This document shows positions 61,063-64,000 of a DNA stretch of 64,000 bases, in pieces. Under the pieces are notes generated by a model, which saw only the letters and a program-made list of their open reading frames with translations, was not told the DNA's origin and ran no database searches. Each line of letters starts with the position of its first letter. The stretch's first letter is position 1. The translations under genes were made by a program, and so were the position numbers. Where the stretch lies: contig CAVVXT010000010.1 of the NCBI GenBank assembly GCA_963752255.1, positions 32,001 to 96,000 of the forward strand. Reading direction: 5' to 3'. Source of the DNA: Nitrososphaeria archaeon (GTDB lineage Archaea; Thermoproteota; Nitrososphaeria; JACIWG01).

Positions 61063-63471
61063 TTGGTAAAGTTGTGTTCGTTAGCGAATAAAGAAGCTAT
61101 GATAATAATCCTAGCCCTTATGCTCGCGAGTATTATCATTTCAATAAGACCTTTTGACGGAGATATTGAAGTAATTGTTTCCTTTAAAGGAGAACCGACT
61201 ACGTCTCTCGCTATAAAGTTTGGGATTAGCTTGAATGATTCGATAATAAAGAAAGCTTCAGAGTACAAGTTGCTGGAACTGGAGGGAAATATAAAGAAAC
61301 TGCAGAGCAGTGGAATACCTCTTAGAGTCGTTTCATATATGTATACCGTAATCTTCGGAGCAGTTATAGAGATACCTCGAAGATTTATTCAGACCTTAAA
61401 TCAGACTGGAATAATCGCTTCATTAGAAGAAAGCGCTGAATATAAGTTAGATTTAGAGAACAGTGTTAAGATGGTAGATGCTAATGGAGTATGGGAACTA
61501 AAGGATGCCCTAAATTCAAATATTACAGGTAAAGGAATCAAAGTGGCAGTGATCGATACAGGAGTAAACTACTCACAGCCAATTTTAGGAGGAGGAATAG
61601 GACCAAATTATAAAGTGGTTGGTGGATACAATTTTGTGGAAAAAGATAATGATCCAATGGATATTGATGGACATGGAACAGCGGTCGCGGCCATCATAGC
61701 CGGCAAAGACGATAGATTTACGGGAATAGCGCCGGACGCAAGAATTCTCGCATATAAAGTAACAACAAAGGCTGAAGAGACGTCAATGGCAGATATCGTA
61801 CAAGCTATTGATAGAGCAGTATTAGACGGCGCAACTGTGATCAATATAAGCCTTGGATCAGCGGTATCAGACGCTGCATTGGGAATTGCTATAAATAACG
61901 CTGTGGATGCAGGGATAGTCGTCGTCGCAGCCGCAGGTAACTCAGGACCTATCGGAGGCACCATAGACTACCCGAGCGCGCTAAACGATGTAATTTCTGT
62001 CGGAGCTTCATCGAATATAGGGTCCTCACTTCTAAAAGCTGAGTTTACGATCCCTGAGATAGGAAGATCCTTCGAAGCAATTCCCATGAATAATACGATT
62101 TCAACAAATAAACCGCTAATATCAAAATTAGTTTACGTCGGCCTTGGAGGAAAGGACGATGTCTCTAAACTTAACCTTACAGACGCGATCGCTGTCGCAA
62201 AAAGGGGAACCTATTTCTTTAGCGAAAAGGCAAAGAATGTCCAGGAAAAGGGAGCCGTCGCCCTGATAGTATTCAACAACGTTGCACAAAATTTTTTTGG
62301 TGATCTAAATATTTCTGTATCGATTCCCGTTGCTTCAATTTCGGGTGCAGATGGAGAATACATTCTTAACTTTCTATCAACAAAAAAACTTACTGGGAAT
62401 TTCACTGTAAACTCAAACCCTTATCAGGTCGTATGGTTTAGTTCGAGAGGGCCGGTTTCACCATTCTACTTAAAACCTAATTTAATCGCTCCAGGATATG
62501 ATGTAGAAACGGCGGATTATCAGGGAGGTTATCAAAATATTTCGGGTACAAGTTTCGCTGCCCCTTGTGTAACAGGCGCAGTTGCTCTAATAAAACAGGA
62601 AAGGCCAAAACTAAACCCCTATGAAATCATGTCTCTCCTCATGGATAACGCAGAACCTCTCACAACAGGAGTTGAGAAGTATCCTGTTGACGTTCAAGGT
62701 GCAGGACTTATGGAGGTCTATAACACGATAATCAGCGATTTCACAGTCTTACCCGGAAGCCTCGTCTTCAATCTATCTCCTTATAACCAAACAAGAACCA
62801 ATAGGACGTTACAGATTGTTCCACTATCAGGAGAGAACCTCAGTATTAAAGTCGCTCCAGATTGGTCTGGTCCAGACAGTGTACAGATAAGACTAAAGGA
62901 CACTAACATTATTAACGGAAGCACATTCATTACGATCGAAGCTCAGCTCAATACATATGATTATGGAACGTACTACGGTTGGTTAAACATATCGAGCGAG
63001 AAGATCGCTCAAAGGATACCAATAGAAGTGCAAATAAATCCCGTTGGAATCTCCATCATAAAAGATAATGCAGATCAGATAGCTTTCAGGATAAATCTGC
63101 CTAAGGGTTTTATATCAGCCAGAGCACTTATACAGATGCCTGACGGAAATAGCCAGACTATATCTTATAGGAGTGACTCCAATAATATTACCTTCCAGTC
63201 AACTTTAACTGGAGAATACTGGCTATCTGTTCTAGTTGTCACAACAAACAACACCCAAAGTGGATTCGACATTGTAACAGTTGGAAGGTCTACGACACCT
63301 CCTAAAATAACTATAGTAACAACGTTGCCTCAGATCCTGCCTATCGGTGGAATTCCTTACCAGGCACTTGGGACAATAGTGTACACACTTGCTCTGGTAG
63401 TTATATTAATAACAATCTATGGTTTAAGGAAGAAAACAAGAGAAAAAACTTCCTTATCAGACAAAGTTTAG
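61063..63471 (+). CDS. Membrane-anchored S8 subtilisin-like protease with PA domain (Vpr-like)
   Basis: Catalytic IDTG, HGT and GTSFAAP, AAGN oxyanion residue, PA insert (AKRG..FSEKA) and C-terminal TM. Confidence 0.93.
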   Translation: MVKLCSLANKEAMIIILALMLASIIISIRPFDGDIEVIVSFKGEPTTSLAIKFGISLNDSIIKKASEYKLLELEGNIKKLQSSGIPLRVVSYMYTVIFGAVIEIPRRFIQTLNQTGIIASLEESAEYKLDLENSVKMVDANGVWELKDALNSNITGKGIKVAVIDTGVNYSQPILGGGIGPNYKVVGGYNFVEKDNDPMDIDGHGTAVAAIIAGKDDRFTGIAPDARILAYKVTTKAEETSMADIVQAIDRAVLDGATVINISLGSAVSDAALGIAINNAVDAGIVVVAAAGNSGPIGGTIDYPSALNDVISVGASSNIGSSLLKAEFTIPEIGRSFEAIPMNNTISTNKPLISKLVYVGLGGKDDVSKLNLTDAIAVAKRGTYFFSEKAKNVQEKGAVALIVFNNVAQNFFGDLNISVSIPVASISGADGEYILNFLSTKKLTGNFTVNSNPYQVVWFSSRGPVSPFYLKPNLIAPGYDVETADYQGGYQNISGTSFAAPCVTGAVALIKQERPKLNPYEIMSLLMDNAEPLTTGVEKYPVDVQGAGLMEVYNTIISDFTVLPGSLVFNLSPYNQTRTNRTLQIVPLSGENLSIKVAPDWSGPDSVQIRLKDTNIINGSTFITIEAQLNTYDYGTYYGWLNISSEKIAQRIPIEVQINPVGISIIKDNADQIAFRINLPKGFISARALIQMPDGNSQTISYRSDSNNITFQSTLTGEYWLSVLVVTTNNTQSGFDIVTVGRSTTPPKITIVTTLPQILPIGGIPYQALGTIVYTLALVVILITIYGLRKKTREKTSLSDKV

Positions 63472-63564
63472 GCCATTCGTAAAAAACAAGTTGATATTTT
63501 ATTTGCATTAGCGGTGGGCAAGTAATTTATAAGGGCGGATTCGATAGGTCATATGTTTTGAGAT

Positions 63565-64000
63565 ATGGACGAGTTTAGATTAACTCATCTCATCGAACGT
63601 ACTCTTAAAAGTGCTCAAAGAGCTTTACTTAAAATTCGAGACAACCCCATAAGAGTTGGAGTGAACAGATTTGGGGACATCACATATAATATTGATTTAG
63701 AATCCGAGCATGTGATTTTTGAGGAATTTGAAAAAACAGGAGAAGGTTTTACTATAATATCGGAGGAGTCTGGGATAAAGGAAATAAACGGAGGAGGAAT
63801 GGCTGTAGTTGTAGACCCATTAGACGGCAGCAACAACGCGGTTAAAGGAATACCTTTTTACAGCATATCAATAGCCATCTCTAAGGGGGACTTGATATCT
63901 GATATATTGGCTTCTGGCATAATTAACGTAACTAATGGAGATATTATATGTTCAGACAGCCATAGCGTCTTCTTCAATGGTGAAGCCAGACATCCCTCAA
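63565..64000 (+). CDS. Inositol monophosphatase / FBPase class IV family (truncated by window end)
   Basis: Open frame from ATG 63565 with GD.T..ID..SE, ISEESG and VDPLDGSNNA..GIPFY. Confidence 0.9.
   Translation, partial: MDEFRLTHLIERTLKSAQRALLKIRDNPIRVGVNRFGDITYNIDLESEHVIFEEFEKTGEGFTIISEESGIKEINGGGMAVVVDPLDGSNNAVKGIPFYSISIAISKGDLISDILASGIINVTNGDIICSDSHSVFFNGEARHPS

Overview
Archaeal chromosomal window (TBP, TFB, aIF1/SUI1, BRE/TATA promoters and a box C/D guide RNA; probably a TACK-lineage organism, which is an inference). Most of it is housekeeping or metabolic: [NiFe]-hydrogenase maturation (hypF 3' end, hypC, hypD, hypE), two M20 hydrolases, two thioredoxin reductases, a MoeA pair, threonine aldolase, endonuclease IV, glutamate dehydrogenase, a GlcD/GlcF-like pair, a five-gene peptide ABC transporter, pyrE, CofE, AlaX, a subtilase and a truncated IMPase/FBPase. 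Seven genes are broken by eight single extra bases, most likely assembly indels. Two accessory islets stand out. (1) About 13.5-17.5 kb: a more GC-rich block of unknown genes with no cas or integrase gene. It has an HTH-coiled-coil operon behind seven 9-bp GTCATA direct repeats and a divergent CxxC/coiled-coil plus thioredoxin-fold pair. It ends in a lone 30-bp CRISPR-type repeat (GTTTTAATCGAACTATAATAGGATTGAAAG) with spacer-length flanks, an upstream inverted anti-repeat-like copy and a tRNA 3'-end (att-like) fragment. This is the best candidate for an undescribed system. (2) About 6.2-8.5 kb: a membrane protein with a 33-bp tandem repeat, a Thr-rich surface protein, two paralogous tiny ORFs and a gene remnant. 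An unannotated dual-guide box C/D sRNA (28176-28242) is predicted to target 23S rRNA around helices 69-71. All calls come from reading motifs by eye; no database search was run.
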